A DNA stretch of 64,000 bases from Felis catus (lineage: Eukaryota). The stretch covers positions 23,560,001 to 23,624,000 of the forward strand of contig NC_058369.1 in NCBI RefSeq assembly GCF_018350175.1. Reading direction: 5' to 3'. Under the pieces are notes generated by a model, which was not told the DNA's origin, made no database searches, and saw nothing but the letters and a program-made list of their open reading frames with translations. The stretch's first letter is position 1, and each line of letters starts with the position of its first letter. Shown one piece after another: positions 37,041 to 50,190 of the stretch. The translations under genes and the position numbers were made by a program.

Positions 37041-38389
37041 TCACAGGGGGCTTGTTTCTAAAGGCAGCAAGGTGAAACTTGCCAAGAGTTGACCTTTCCC
37101 TCTGTATCCCTCAAACTGGTCACGAAGTAGAATCCATAGATGGAGCTCTGTCAAGTGAGGGCAATGTAGCCAATTTATCCAACAGTGAGGAAACAGATTT
37201 CTGTTTCTTCAGTGGAGCACCCCAGAAAGTAGTTGGCTTGAATTTAACGGACATGTTGTTCAAACCATATAGATTTTTAAATAGCAGAATTGCCCTCACC
37301 ATAGGCTGATGCTTACACTAAGGGACAGACTACAGAACCAGGACAGAAAAAGGAATCATCAGATTCTCATTTCCTAACCCAGGCGTACCTATGACATAGC
37401 CCAATTGAAGGAAATGATACCCAGAATTGATCTGGGTGGGCATGGTTCAATTGGACTAAGTTAAGCCTGTATAAGAGAGATACCTCTGATATCTTCATAA
37501 GCATGGCTGGTACTTAGTCATTACACAACGGTATGCTGGACTGGCCAGTGGAAGCTGTAATTGTTAAGTGTCCAAAGGGCCTTGCTGTACCAGTTTGAAG
37601 TTTTGACTATCACCCTCTCTGAAAGCATCTATGGACCCACACGTGTGGACCTCCACATGCACATGTACCTCCGTGTACCTGCATCTCCATCCCTGTAGTA
37701 TAGACAGGATGCCTGGCACTCCCCGGCTTCAAGGCAGGGTCTCTTGCTTCTCTCCAACTGGGCATTATCTCTCCTTCCTTTTACTTCTGTCCTTTTGCTA
37801 TTTCTTCCACTCTGCCTTTTATTATGGGTGATTGCAGATCTGACAGTCTATCTAGGAGATGAGCTCATGGATCCTTAGTGACCCCTTTTTCGAGAATATT
37901 AGAGGGTTGCCTTTTACAAAGTCAGTGTTCAATAACAATGAATTAATGAATGATTCCATTTTTTGTGTGAACCAGGGTGCCATGAAAAAAAAAGAATGAA
38001 TTAAGTGTGAAACATCAATTTATATTGACATCAATGTATTACCTTCTGAAGCCTTAATGTGGCCAAACCATTCTTGTCTGTGTCCCCCAATCTCTCCTTC
38101 TAATCCCCTAATCCCAACTGCCATTATCAGAAGGAAAGGCAGAATAGAAAACCACTGAATGACAAAGTAATTATGAAACTTGGAATTTGCAGTCTCTCTT
38201 GGTGGAGATGGGAGATATCAGGTCAAGACAGCATCTACCTATGAGTTTTTGTCTTAACAGAAAAGACTTCTACAAAACATCCCTCTCTCTTGTCCTTCTC
38301 TCTGCCCACTTGCTCACCAACTATTTTCTCCCTAATTTACTAATTTCCTAATTACTCTAATATCTTACCAGGAAGTAACTTCTTCCCAT

Positions 38390-38750
38390 GGTCCCATTGT
38401 AGTGTAATGCCAGTACCACCTTCCTCCAGGGAATTCAAAGGACCAGAGACAGACCCACCTTTCACAGATCCAGCATAGACAGGGCAAGGTTCTCTCCTGG
38501 GACCTTGAACCTTGGTCTTGGGACTCAAGGGCCAAAGGTCAGACCCCAGAATAGCAACCCTGGTTGATAAGGCTGACCTGGCTTTGCTTCCCTTCCTGCT
38601 CCCATCTTTCTGGCACTTCCACCAGCTCTTGGAGCTTTCCCACCTTTCCAGCTTTTCATCCTGCTCTCTGTGAGTTCCCCAGTAGCCTCTAATAAATTCC
38701 CCAAGGCTTCAAGTCACCAAAATCTGTTTACATTGCTAGCAACCATTACT
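38390..38750 (+). mobile_element. Ancient ERVL-type LTR remnant
   Basis: Terminal CTAATAAATTCCC...TTGCTAGCAACCA typical of LTR16/LTR33/LTR67-class ends; subfamily uncertain. Confidence 0.5.
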
Positions 38751-39047
38751 TCTAACCAAGAGATGCTTCAGGAGGAAGTGTTCTTCACATGCTCTGATTC
38801 CACGTGCACTGCAACCACTGCAGGCAAGAGCAGTGGGCAAGAACTACTACTCCTGTCAGTTGCAAAACACAACTTATACAGGTGAGGAGATGTGCTCTCT
38901 ATGGAAACGTGCCCACATGCCAGCCTGAAGAGCTGCCCCTCAACATCTCCTGCCTGTTTTGTGGGGTATCTCCTTGAGAACTGTTTAAAAGCTGATTCGA
39001 ATGACAATATCCATTCATTCGAATGACAATGAAAACATACTGTAGCT

Positions 39048-39056
39048 ACACACGTG

Positions 39057-39100
<44 letters not shown>
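39048..39100. repeat. Alternating purine-pyrimidine tract, (GC)n-(CA)n
   Basis: ACACACGTGCGCGCGCACACACA... Confidence 0.95.
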
Positions 39101-39103
<3 letters not shown>

Positions 39104-40156
39104 GCTACTTCTGTTTATCAAAGAAAGATGAGAAGGTTTTTACACCATGTTGTCCTGGATCAATCCATTCACTGAAGATAATGAGTTTGTTTCCTTAATG
39201 AACCTCACTCTCTCAATCCCCTTGGGAAAGCCCCATTACCACTACTTAACTACCTTTAGGGGGATATTGAAAATGACTCCATTCAATTGGCTCTAACTGG
39301 TTAAAGTGGCCAAATCAAAGCTTCAGAGTTCCAACCCAAATATTTCTTTTTTTGGTTCTTATACACATAATTACATATGATTTACAATGACGCACAAAAC
39401 TTCCGGAAATAAAAGCAGGAATCTTTGTTCAAAATTTCACCCAATCCAGAAAAAATATACCCGGGCAACAGAAGACATGCCATGAGCATGGGACACATAA
39501 GATTGGAAAATGTTTGCAGGATACATCTTCATTATCCCCTGAAATCCCATAAGGGGCAGGAAGGCAAGATCTCAGTAGATCCCAGGGGGAAAATAAAGTT
39601 CTCAGAGGCTCAAAAATCTTTTGTGTTGTTCTGACAACTTTCCCCCCAGTGATCCACTGATTAGAAATATTTCCCCCACAGTACAAAGCTATCTGCAGAA
39701 GTGCAACTCAGAGGGAGGGGTGCGTGTGAAGCTGGTCTGGGGAGGACCCAATAATGAGGAGTCTTAGAGAAATACAGTAAGCAATGCAGTGGAAAAGAAA
39801 ACATACTGTAGCTACACTATAAAACTAGGGTGGCTACATAAACGTCCAAAGACTGGAGGATTTGCAGCTCTGGCCTTGGGCAGTAAGGAAGATGGGAAGG
39901 TAGGAGTATTACGTCGGCTCAAGAGGGAAGGTTAAAAACAAAATCTTAAACTGCTTATCTGAGCTGAACTTGTGAACCGCTGAGATTTGCTCATCCTGGG
40001 TAATAATAGCTGTGCTCAATTATCAGCTCTAAATAGCAGCCATCACGGAAAGGGAATTGGGCCAAAATACTGATTGGGGTTTTGAAACCCCAGCAGTGAA
40101 ATCAGGTTCATGCAGTTGACCCTGGGCATATTCTTCCACATCATCACCCTCTGAGA

Positions 40157-40182
40157 TAGAGAGAGAGAAAGACAGGGAGAGA

Positions 40183-40231
<49 letters not shown>
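40157..40231. repeat. (GA)n microsatellite
   Basis: Interrupted then perfect GA repeat. Confidence 0.95.
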
Positions 40232-40236
<5 letters not shown>

Positions 40237-40359
40237 ACCCCTCTAACCATGGACAGATTGGCTTCTTTGGGTCAAGTGGGACCCCTGTTGTAGAAGGAAA
40301 TGCTCATAGCCCATCTCCCAATTTCAGTAGACAAATAAGTAGCCTCTGTCTTTCATGTA

Positions 40360-41240
40360 GGACCTACAAGGCTCCTTGTCCTTGGTTCCTTGCATATCTC
40401 CTCAGCCCATTTCACACCTCCCTTCCTCTCACACCTCTGGTATACCTGTCACTCAGCCTTCAGCCAATTGCTAGGCCTTATTCTCTTTAACCCTCAGCAT
40501 CTTTGTGTTTGCTATTCCCCTGCCTGGAGTGTTGTTTCCCATAACCAACTCTTCCTCTCTTGGCACTACATTTAAAAGTCAACCTCCACGGGGAACAGTT
40601 CTCCAGAAACCCTCTTGAGTGGTTCCCACCTTGTTATCTTCTAGAGAAGAGTCACTAAATGATGGGCTGAGTGTCAATTCTGGTGAGCTACCTGGTTTCA
40701 GGAAGTTTTCTTGGTGCAGAGCCACATCCATTTATTTACACATAGTCTGTGGCTGGTTCCATGCTACAATGACAGAGCAACGACAATGGTAGTTGCAACA
40801 GAGAACATATGGCCTGCAAGCCAAAAATATTTACTACTTGCTTCTTTACAGAAAAGGTTTACTGACTCCTATTCTATAGATTGAATACATTCTATAATTT
40901 TTTCTACTTATTTATTATTTTCTCAATTCAAAACTGTAAGTCCAGGTATGCAAGATTTTGTCTGTTTTATCCCCAACACCCAGCACATTGCCTGGCACAA
41001 AGACTGCACACAACACTAAAACTAAGCAGGTAATACTATTCCTAGTTTGAAGATGGAAATCTTGAATGTGAAAGAGAAGAAAAATGTATCTGGGCTCAAG
41101 GGCTTCAGTCGGTTTAGAATCTGTTCCCCCAACTGGAATGTGAGCTCCAAGAGGCCTTCTTTTTTCTGTCAGTAGCACCTTGAACAGTGACTGGCACTTA
41201 GTAAGAGTTCAATAAATGTGTTGAGTGACTGACTGAATGG
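40360..41240 (+). mobile_element. L2 fragments (with MER58A insertion)
   Basis: CCTACAAGGCTCC, GCTATTCCCCTGCCTGGA, CAGCACATTGCCTGGCACA, CAGTGACTGGCACTTAGTAAGAGTTCAATAAATG. Confidence 0.75.
40647..40871 (-). mobile_element. MER58A
   Basis: ATGGCCTGCAAGCCAAAAATATTTACTA...CTTTACAGAAAAGGTTTACTGACTCC; TSD TTCTAGAG / TTCTATAG. Confidence 0.85.
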
Positions 41241-41579
41241 ATGTCCTTAGCTTTGGAAGGCAGTGTTTCTGACTCCCCTGGAGCTGGATGAAGAATATGG
41301 TGCACAATGAGCATGACTAGAATCATGATCAGCATGGGTATTGTTTCTCAAAACTACTTGGTCATGTTCCAGTTACTCGTGCCAACCGAGAAATGCCCTG
41401 GCTCTGGAAATCCTGAATGCAAATGATCTAGGCATCCATTCTATTGGGATGAAAAATACCTCCTCTCCTGTAGTTGTGACCAGTGAACTTTTCCAGTGGG
41501 GGTTTCATTTTGACTAAAGCAGTCAATTCTTCCCTTTACAGGTGAGGAGAGGAGGTGTAGGTATGGTAAGGGGAAAACG

Positions 41580-41900
41580 TACAATATTATGAATCTTGGG
41601 CCCAGGTTGGAAACTACCACTTATGGGTTATATGACCTGGGAACCACCCCCCACCCCCGCAGCCTCAGTGTGTCTGTCCATTAAATAGCAATACAAGTAA
41701 ATCCATAAGGAGCTGTTCATGTCATCATCAGCACCATCAGTAACAACGTAAGAACAGAGTTAGTCTTCAAAGAACTAGTTTGATATAGAACTAGTTTAGA
41801 ATAGGAGTCAAGAGTGTGGACACTGGATCTAAACTACCTAAGTAGTAATCTCAGTTCTGCTATCTATTAGCCATTTGATCTTAGGTAAGTCATTACTACT
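41580..41900 (+). mobile_element. MIR fragments
   Basis: ACCACTTATGGGTTATATGACCTGGG; AGAGTGTGGACACTGGA...GATCTTAGGTAAGTCA. Confidence 0.6.
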
Positions 41901-43699
41901 ACTACTACAATAATAATAATAATTTTATTCCTCAAATATATCTCAAGCTCCTGACAGTTTTTATGGCAAATTCCAGACAAAACTTCATAGCTGAAATGAG
42001 GATGCTACTAGAAGTAAAACATGGGTCAGACTTTCAGTAAATATCTCAGGGCGTTCTCATCCTCAACCTGGAGCTAGTTCTTTATCAGCTTCTGCAAAAT
42101 GGCACCCTTCAATGGTTGCTTGGACTATGACCAAAACATGAGAAAAGAAGTTAAGTGCCAAATGAGCAGGGAGCGTCAGTACTTGGTCTGTGAGAGACAT
42201 AGAGAAGGTAGTCAAAGGACAGAATCTTTTATTAATGTGTCCACGCTCCCACCAATCAATGGCATGGAGCCCACTCCATCCCAAGATTACTCGGAAGTTA
42301 GAACCTGGCCAAGCCTTACTGGGGAAGGGCATGCTAACATGGCTCTAACATGGCTCTCCTTTGAATGGCGTCTTCCTTTTTATCTGTAAAGTAGCACAAG
42401 TGACCAGACTCTCTTGAGAAACAGAATCCAGCCTTGATACTCTCTTATCCAAGTTTTGACAGAGCCAAATATATACATTTGTGTAGTGCATTCACCTCCC
42501 TTCAGTCAACCTCACCACTATAGCCTTGGACATAGTGAGCTGACCTCCATTCTTTTAGGATCCACTTAAATCCCTTTGGCTTGAGTGAGTCCGGGCAAGT
42601 TTTCATGAATGAGACAGAAGAAAAATGTGCCTGAACCAAATGACTAATCAGAGTATATATATTTTTTTCACTTATGCCACCATAAGCCTTTTTTATTAAT
42701 GTATTTAGTCAGTTTGAGGATTTTTATTAGATATTCCTGTTTCTAAAGCTTCATCCCAAGGATAAGGCAGGCAAGAATTTGCTTCCAAAGCAACTTACTG
42801 TTGCTACCTTTTAATAATTGAAGGTTTTAGTACAGTGATTTATCCTTAAGCCTTTTGATAATCCCAGCAACCTCTAGGTGTCAGAAAATGGAAGGCAACC
42901 CTCCTGCATTTTGCCCTGTATGCAAGACACAGCATTAACGGAGTCTAGCTAAACTAAAGACCATTTCAAAACAGGAGAATAAGACGTGGGCAAACCAAGG
43001 ATCCCACATAAATCCTTCTGTGGAACCAGGAAATGAGCATCTAGTTGAAAAATGTGCCTGTTTTTCTCTCTCCACACCCCTTCCTACCATCTTAATGTTA
43101 CTTTAAGATTTAGCCCTAAATAACTGAAGCATGGGATAGAGCCACAAAATATAGGCAGCGAAAAATCTTTACTGGAGTGCACCAATAAAGCTAATCCCTT
43201 TAATGCTGACGATGACCCCATTTTTGTCACCAACCCTCACAGCCTGACAGAGATGGGGAGGGAGTTGAGATTCCAAGAGCAAATAAAGACCCCTCTTGGG
43301 TGTAAAAATCAGCATCACCAAGCACTTCTGAAGCCCCAACCCCAGGCAAGCTGGGAGAGACAGTGTACATTTTTTAGATGGGGTACTGCCCTCACAGGCA
43401 GTCAGAACATAACCATCCATTGCCAGAAACCATTCATCAGACTCTGCAGAAAAGGCTGTCAGCTCGGCCTATAGGCCTCAAGCCAGCCTGTCAGGATCTA
43501 GGCTAACAGCCAGAGTGTCAGGGGCTGCGGCTGGTAGCCAACCAGAACTTTGATGTCTAAGGGTTGGCCAGCTGGTATGTGAGGGTGGCCGATGGGCTCT
43601 GTAACCATATACTCTGCTCAGAGGTCATGAGTTCTGAGAGTGAGTTGGCCGTTAGAGTATCTCCAATAAAGATGGAGGGAGACATTTTATTTTTTTTTA

Positions 43700-44112
43700 A
43701 AAATTGTTCAAATTATTTCAGTATTTGTTTTGATTTAAATTTCCATTACACATGCTTTTCATTATGCAACTCAATTAGTATATAAAAGATTTTTCTGTTT
43801 AAGATGTTTAAATGAACATAATTGTTCAATTTGGAAAGATTACAATGCTTTTATTTAATTAACACTGCAATAAATACATCGCTCTGTAATGAACCCCATA
43901 CTTTTAGGCCATTAACCATTCAATAAATTTGCAATATGGAAGGTTCTTTATGGAGAAGAAGATAAATAAAGCTATATAAATGAATATACGACAGCTATGA
44001 TGCGAAGCAGCAAATTATAGCTTTTTGCTTCTCATCCACCAGAGTTGTACCTTGATTACAAACATATGTGAATGTAATAAACAGCATACATTTCAATTAC
44101 TATTTTGAACAT
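43700..44112 (+). mobile_element. MER121-like ancient conserved repeat (candidate exapted regulatory element)
   Basis: ~410 bp AT-rich block. Motifs TTCAAATTATTTC, GCAATAAA..TCGCTCTGTAAT, CAATAAATTTGCAATA..AAGG, AGAAGAAGA, AAATTATAGCTTTT, CTTGATTACAAA, TTTCAATTAC..TTTGAAC occur in the order I recall for MER121; ends are inverted TGTTCAAA / TTTGAACA. Confidence 0.7.
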
Positions 44113-44719
44113 GAGGTACACTGGACGTTAAAGAAAAATTCTGCACCATTGGTGCAGGCTGTACTCCATGGCATCTTACCAACGAGAAGCTCTTTCGGAA
44201 TTTGTCCAAAGGCTCATCTGTCGTTTGCCTTATCAAACCAGACCTGGGCCTGCCAGAACAAAAAATAATCTATGTCCAGCAGGCAGCCTCTCAGAACTGG
44301 CTGGCTCTACAGTGATCAATTAAAGGCACTTCCCTTACAAGATGTTCCTTGACATAGGACCATTACCTGAACACTTCCAACTGCTACAGATCTTGGTAGG
44401 TCTTGGATTGGCCAAGGGCATGTCTTCCAGACCCTGCCTTCCCTTTCCTTCTCCCCCTCTCCTATCAACTGTAGGTAAAATGACAAACTTTTCATTGTGT
44501 ACTGCCCTCTGCCCTCTCTAAACACAATAAGCTCCGTCTAACACTGAGCCCGGCAAGGTCAGCATACAGTAGCAGGTGCCAGTAAGCCCAGAGTTCAGGT
44601 GAAGCCACCAAGGCATAGAGAAGTATTGGCAAAGAGTGCCCGAGCCAAAATTGGGAATCTAATTTTGTTTCTTATCCAATGTACATGACTAGTCTTGGTA
44701 GCTGTATTATTAATAGCAT

Positions 44720-44900
44720 CAATAACTAAAGTAATGTCGTTAACATTTAAGTAAGGACCAATAGTGAGTGATTATTATGTATGTACCAGGGATTACTATA
44801 TTGTATTTTATAGATGGAGAAACCAAAGTTTGGATGGTGGGGAACCTGCTTCAAGGTCACAGGGAGAAAATGGCAAAATCAAGCCCAAGCCCTCCAGCTC
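44720..44900 (-). mobile_element. MIR
   Basis: ATTTTATAGATGGAGAAAC...CAAGGTCACAG. Confidence 0.65.
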
Positions 44901-45179
44901 CCCCAAGAGTTCTCTTTTCAAGGGGTACCCAGGAAGGTCCCCGAAATCCTTCCTTCTGCTTACTTAGCATCCTTGCCTCTGATCTCCTTCATTCCGTCCC
45001 TGTGGTTTGAGCCTCTCACAAGGAAATCTTAGAAGGATCACAAATGGGAGCTCCTCTTTTACCCTCTTCCCCAGATGTCAGGAAAGGTGGTGCCCACTGC
45101 CAGGCAAACCTCCCTTGGTAGCCAACTGGCCAAATCTTGCTCACAAGACCAAGCGCTTTCAGGAATGGGAGCCAAAGTA

Positions 45180-45400
45180 CATGTGAATATGGAGTCAGAA
45201 CCTGATTTTAAGTCCCAACTCTGCTATTTACCAGCTGTGTAAGTTCAACCACATTATTTACCCTCCCTGTGCCTCACTTTCCTCAAATCACCCTACCTTC
45301 ATGCAGTTATTATGAGATACAGATCAGATAAACCAAACTTATCTGAATTGGCTTAGTATGTAGCAAATAGTAAATGCTTAGATCCTAGCAAATAATAACG
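45180..45400 (+). mobile_element. MIR
   Basis: GGAGTCAGAACCTG...TCCCAACTCTGCTATTTACCAGCTGTGT...GCCTCACTTTCCTCA. Confidence 0.8.
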
Positions 45401-45464
45401 GCTTAGCAGAAGACTCAGTCCACATTACAGGTTTAGAAAAAAACGCAAGCCAATTCAGTTGATG

Positions 45465-45760
45465 ATTTAGCCAATACTTATTGAGAACCTATTATTTCTG
45501 GATACTGCCCCAGGCATTTGTGGTAGGCAGGTATAGTTTCCACTCCAATACATACTTTGTAGTGTATGAGGCTGGGGTCAGGGGAGAAAGGGGAGACAAA
45601 ATAAACAGGTAGACAAAAAATATATATGTATGATATTTCAAGCTATGATAAAAAATAAGGAGAGGTAAGAGAACTGACTGATGAGGGGAAGTGCAGGCCA
45701 TTCAAGCAGGGGACATACAACCAAGGCCTGAATGAAGATTCGGGCGATGGGCATGTACCA
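45465..45760 (-). mobile_element. L2 fragment
   Basis: AATACTTATTGAGAACCTA...CAAGGCCTGAATGA. Confidence 0.6.
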
Positions 45761-46134
45761 TGGTGCCTGAGACATGGCAGTCAGTCAACAAACATGCAGT
45801 GAGGATTCACATAATAGACTTCCAGCTCACCTCCCCAGTGATCCTGCCTGTGGCCAGATTTGTTCCTTCCAGCATTCAAACCTTTACAGGACCTGCTGTG
45901 TGAGAGGCACTACAAGAGACAGAAAAATTGCCTCTGGGCTTAAGCCAGCTTGCAGTCCTTCTGCATTATGATGCTGATAATAAAGGGTTGCAGTGGTGGC
46001 CTTTTTCTAGACTCCAGAACATTCCAGGACCCAGGTATCTCTTCTGAGAAGATGAGCATGGAGTACGAAGGAGGGAACAGACGTGGCAAGAGGACCATTG
46101 GCCAGGGGTGGAATCCAGGTTTGTTCATTCAGTG

Positions 46135-46305
46135 AGGCAATATTGCATATGGAGAGTAACAGGTTTAGGAGTTGAAGAAACCTAGGTCCAAGCAGCTTAT
46201 AGCACTGTGAGCTTCTTGTTGAGTCTCTATTTCTCCCTAAAATGGGAATACTAGCCGCTACCTCACAACAAATTATTATAATGATTTAAAATGACATGTG
46301 TAACA
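46135..46305 (+). mobile_element. MIR
   Basis: AAAATGGGAATACTAGCCGCTACCTCACA. Confidence 0.65.
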
Positions 46306-46879
46306 GAAACAGAACAAATCAACAGGCCACTCTTATTGGTTCTCTATCCTAGGTGGTGAGTCTGTGACTATCAGTATACCATGTTTTCAATTCAACATCT
46401 CTGGACACTTGAAAATTTTCCTAAATAAAATATTAGAAACAATATTAACAAAAAACAAAATACGCAAACTACCTAGGATAAAGGAGGTATTAGATTGTAG
46501 TTATTTTGATTTTTTTCATTTGGAAATAAATTCCCAATTTATCACATGGCACCAAGCTCTGGCTAGGAACTGAGATGAAGACAGACCTTCTCTGTCTTTG
46601 TGGAATTCACAGTCTCCTATACTCAACCATCACCATCATATGTCTCTCCATATTACTCCTGGGCCTGATTCCCTATTTTTGCTTCAATTTTATCATTATC
46701 AACTGGTATGTGTTTATGTCTGAAGCCACAAATAATTTAAGAACCAACCAGAATATAACTATATGGATGGATGGACAGATGAAGGGATGGGCTTGTCATT
46801 CAAGGACAATCTGTGTCATTGGTTGATTAAAAACAAAGTGGCATAATTCAGCATTTCAATGGCTGAACTGGGCTTCTCT

Positions 46880-47240
46880 TTGTTAGCAGCTCCACCGATG
46901 ACTATCCCTTCAGGTTTCCCAGTGCCTCTTCCTCTGGTCACAGAACCTACCTCCTTGGCTACCGAGGTGGGGTCATGACTCAGGCTGAGCCAATCATATT
47001 ACACCTCTATTCCAACCACATGACCCAAGTCAGGCTAGAGACATTGGCCAGGATTTCCTTCCTGCTCATAGACCTGTTAGGATGTTAACACAAGAAAATA
47101 AGTACCATATCTTCCCTTCCCTCCTTTCTCCAAATTGCCTGAAGGAGGAAGTCAACATACAGAGTGAAGAAAAAGAACCACAGAGTCTAGGTCATCTGAG
47201 TCCTTGCCTCCAGTAATCTCTGAGGCCAGCTAGCTCCATT
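46880..47240 (+). mobile_element. MaLR LTR (MLT1I/J-like)
   Basis: CATGACTCAGGCTGAGCCAATCA, CATGACCCAAGTCAGGC, CTGAGGCCAG. Confidence 0.6.
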
Positions 47241-47469
47241 CACATCCATTCACAGGGAGTCTCAGCACATACAGCTGACAGAGTCTGGGTTGATACACTC
47301 CTATTCCACCCTGCTGATGGGCATGCTTCTCTCAATGTAATGCTTTCTAATAATTACCCCTGGGGCCTGGGCCTATGTTAGAATCCACTGAGTTTAAGAA
47401 AACTGTTTTTCATTCTAGTGGCAATTGTTGCTTAAAGGCAGCAAGGGAGCAAGTTATGAAAAATTAAAT

Positions 47470-48362
47470 GGTTAGAATAGGCAAAGATCTCTTAAACTAG
47501 TCACAAAAGGCACTAACTGTAAAATAAAAACATTGATAAACTGAATCTCATTGACATCAAGAACCTTTGTTTATCAGAAGACACCATCAAAACAATGAGG
47601 AAAGTGGGAAAATATATACAAAATATGGAAGTCTAACCGAGGACTTATATTCAGAATATACTCAGAAATAACTCCAACAAATCAGTAAGAAAAAAAAGTC
47701 TGAGAACATAGAAAAAAAAATGGGCAAGAGTTGAGGGACTTCACAGAAAAGGACATCCAAATGTCCAATAAGCATACTAAACAGAGCTCAACACCATTAC
47801 TCTTCAGGAAAATGAAAAATAAAATCCCTAAGAGACATTATTACCAACCTACCAGAATGGTTAAAAATAAAAGTCTGAAAATACCAAGTGTCAGTGATGA
47901 TAATAGAACAAGTAAAACTCACAGTGTAGATGGAGCCTAAACCAGTAACCTATTTTAGAAAAAAAAAATATTTAGCTATTCCTACCAAATGCAAATCTAA
48001 CCTAGGCCTTGACAATTCCATGCCTAGGTGCACATGCTGGAGAAATAAAAATATATGTCCACCAAAGGACATGCACAAGAATATTCACAGCTGCTTTATT
48101 CATAATTGCCCCAAACTGGAGACAGCTTAAATGTCTGTCAACAGGAGAAGGGATAAATAAAGCATCATATATCAATATAATACAATACTACAGGGGCTCC
48201 TGGGTGGCTCAGTTGGCTAAGTGTCTGACTCTTAATTTCGGCTCAGGTCACAATCTTATGGTCATGAGAATGAGTCCTGCATCTGTGTTGGGCTCTATGC
48301 TATGTGTGAAGCCTGCTTAAGATTCTCTCTCCCTCTCCATCTGCCCCTCCCTCACTTGCACA

Positions 48363-48414
<52 letters not shown>

Positions 48415-48760
48415 AAAAAGACTACTACATAGCGATTAAAAAAAAAGAACAAGTTACTGACATTACACAACTACACGGGTAAATCTCAAAGACATTATGT
48501 TGGGAAAAAACTAAACATAAAGGAGTACCTACTGTGTGACTCCGTTTGTAAGAAGTTCAAGATCAAGCAAAACTGATCAATGGTGACAGAAGCTAGAAGA
48601 GGTACTATATTACTAGGAATAGTACTGACTGGGAACAGGCCCAAAGGAACCATCCAGAATTCTGGAAATGTTCTGTATTTTGTTTTTGTATGTTACCAAG
48701 CAGGTGTAAAAAAAAAATTATCCACACACGTAAGTAAAAATTCATGGAATTATACTTCCA
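47470..48760 (+). mobile_element. L1M (L1MD/ME-like) ORF2 3' end and 3' UTR, interrupted by a SINE
   Basis: ORFs FTEKDIQMSNKH.K..ST.L and CTRIFTAALFIIAPNWRQ.KC.ST are L1 ORF2p C-terminal motifs. Confidence 0.9.
48193..48419 (+). mobile_element. Can-SINE with long (CT)n
   Basis: SINE head and CT expansion; residual TSD TACTACA. Confidence 0.93.
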
Positions 48761-49489
48761 GGCACATTACTGGAGCCCCATCTACTACTAAAATAGGGGA
48801 TAATTAGGAATGGGGATATTTTAAAACCTATTTTCAATGTCTTCCAAGAGCAGCCCCTTTATAAGCAGAGTAGGACTCACGCATTGGAGGTAGAGTGTTG
48901 TGGGGGGTCTTATTTGGAAGTCTTCTCTCTCCCACAAACCACCATGCACCTCATACTTATGTAATGCTTTTGGAGGGCGATTCATATTTCTTAGATTATT
49001 TGCAATGGCTTCCCTAATACAGGCAGGACAGGTATTTTTGTGCCTATTATAGAACTGTGGAAACTGGTGGAAAGACTTGCAAGAGTCTGGGAACAGTCCT
49101 GAATTGGAGAAACCAAAGAATGGGAAACAAAATATCATGACAAATAATTCCGATCCTGTGCTTGCTCTCTCTCGCTCTCTCTCCTCTCTCTTCACATCTC
49201 TTCTTTCTCTGACCTGCTTTTTCCCTTTGCTCTTTTCTCTCCATGTCCCCATTCTCTCACCTCACTTCCTATTTGCCTTTGTTTTCCTTTCCCTTTGTTG
49301 TACTCCCTTCCCTCCCTTTCTTACTCAAGCTTACCATGAATCTACCACTCTCTACTGCAAACTAAAACTTCATTCAGAGCTTCCAGCGTCCTGTGCCAGC
49401 TCTCAGTTCTGTGTTTCCTCACTTGTAGCATCTTGGCATGGAACACACACATAACCTCTTCCCAAAGCCATCCTGCAGCAGAAATCTAT

Positions 49490-50190
49490 CATTCCATTAC
49501 TGGCATCTATTACCCCCTTTCTGGGAAGAGCCTACCACTTCCCCTAGAAGAAGCCATATTTTCTCTTATCTCCATCTGTCCCTTTCCTCTCACTCTTCGT
49601 GGACCTGCACACATCTGGCTAGTAAGACCATTCAAACCCCCAGGCTGCAGTGACCGGTTCATAGATGGGCGTACGACCCAAGCCAGGCCAATGAGACTGA
49701 CCCTAGGACTTTCTGTGTTGGGTTGTGAAGCTAGTGCATGAGTCTAGACCTGTTTGGGATCATCTTTGCCATCACTTGGGGACAGATTGCTTGAGAAAGA
49801 AACCAACACAATGGAAAGTAGAGCTGAGGGCTTATGATGGACTATTTGAGCACCTGCACTCAGTCATGACTGAAGTTAGACTACCCTTAGTTTTCTCAAT
49901 TCTATAAGCCTTATCTTTTTAAATATTTTATTTTTATTAATTAATTAATTCATTTATTTATTTGAGAGAGAGAGAGAGGACAAGCAGGGGAGGAGCGGAG
50001 AGGGAGAGAGAGAATCCCAACCAGGCTCTGCACTGTCAGCACAAAGCCCGATGTGGGGCTCAAACTCACTAACCACGAGATCATGACCTGAGTGGAAATC
50101 AAGAGTCGGGTGCTTAACTGACTGAGCCACCCAGGCGTCCCTATAAGCCTTCTATAATGACCTTCTAAGATTAAGCCAGCTTGAAGTGGC
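49490..50190 (+). mobile_element. MaLR LTR (MLT1J-like), interrupted by a SINE
   Basis: TGCAGTGACCGGTTCATAGATGGGCGTACGACCCAAGCCAGGCCAATGAGA, TTTGAGCACCTG, end TTAAGCCAGCTTGA. Confidence 0.7.
49913..50141 (-). mobile_element. Can-SINE
   Basis: Reverse SINE; TSD CTATAAGCCTT at 49902-49912 and 50141-50151. Confidence 0.96.

Noticed and set aside
41511-41547. Recursive splice site-like TTCTTCCCTTTACAG|GTGAGG
   Set aside because: It matches the reverse MIR core (CCCATTTTACAGATGAGG) with one substitution, so it is most simply repeat-derived
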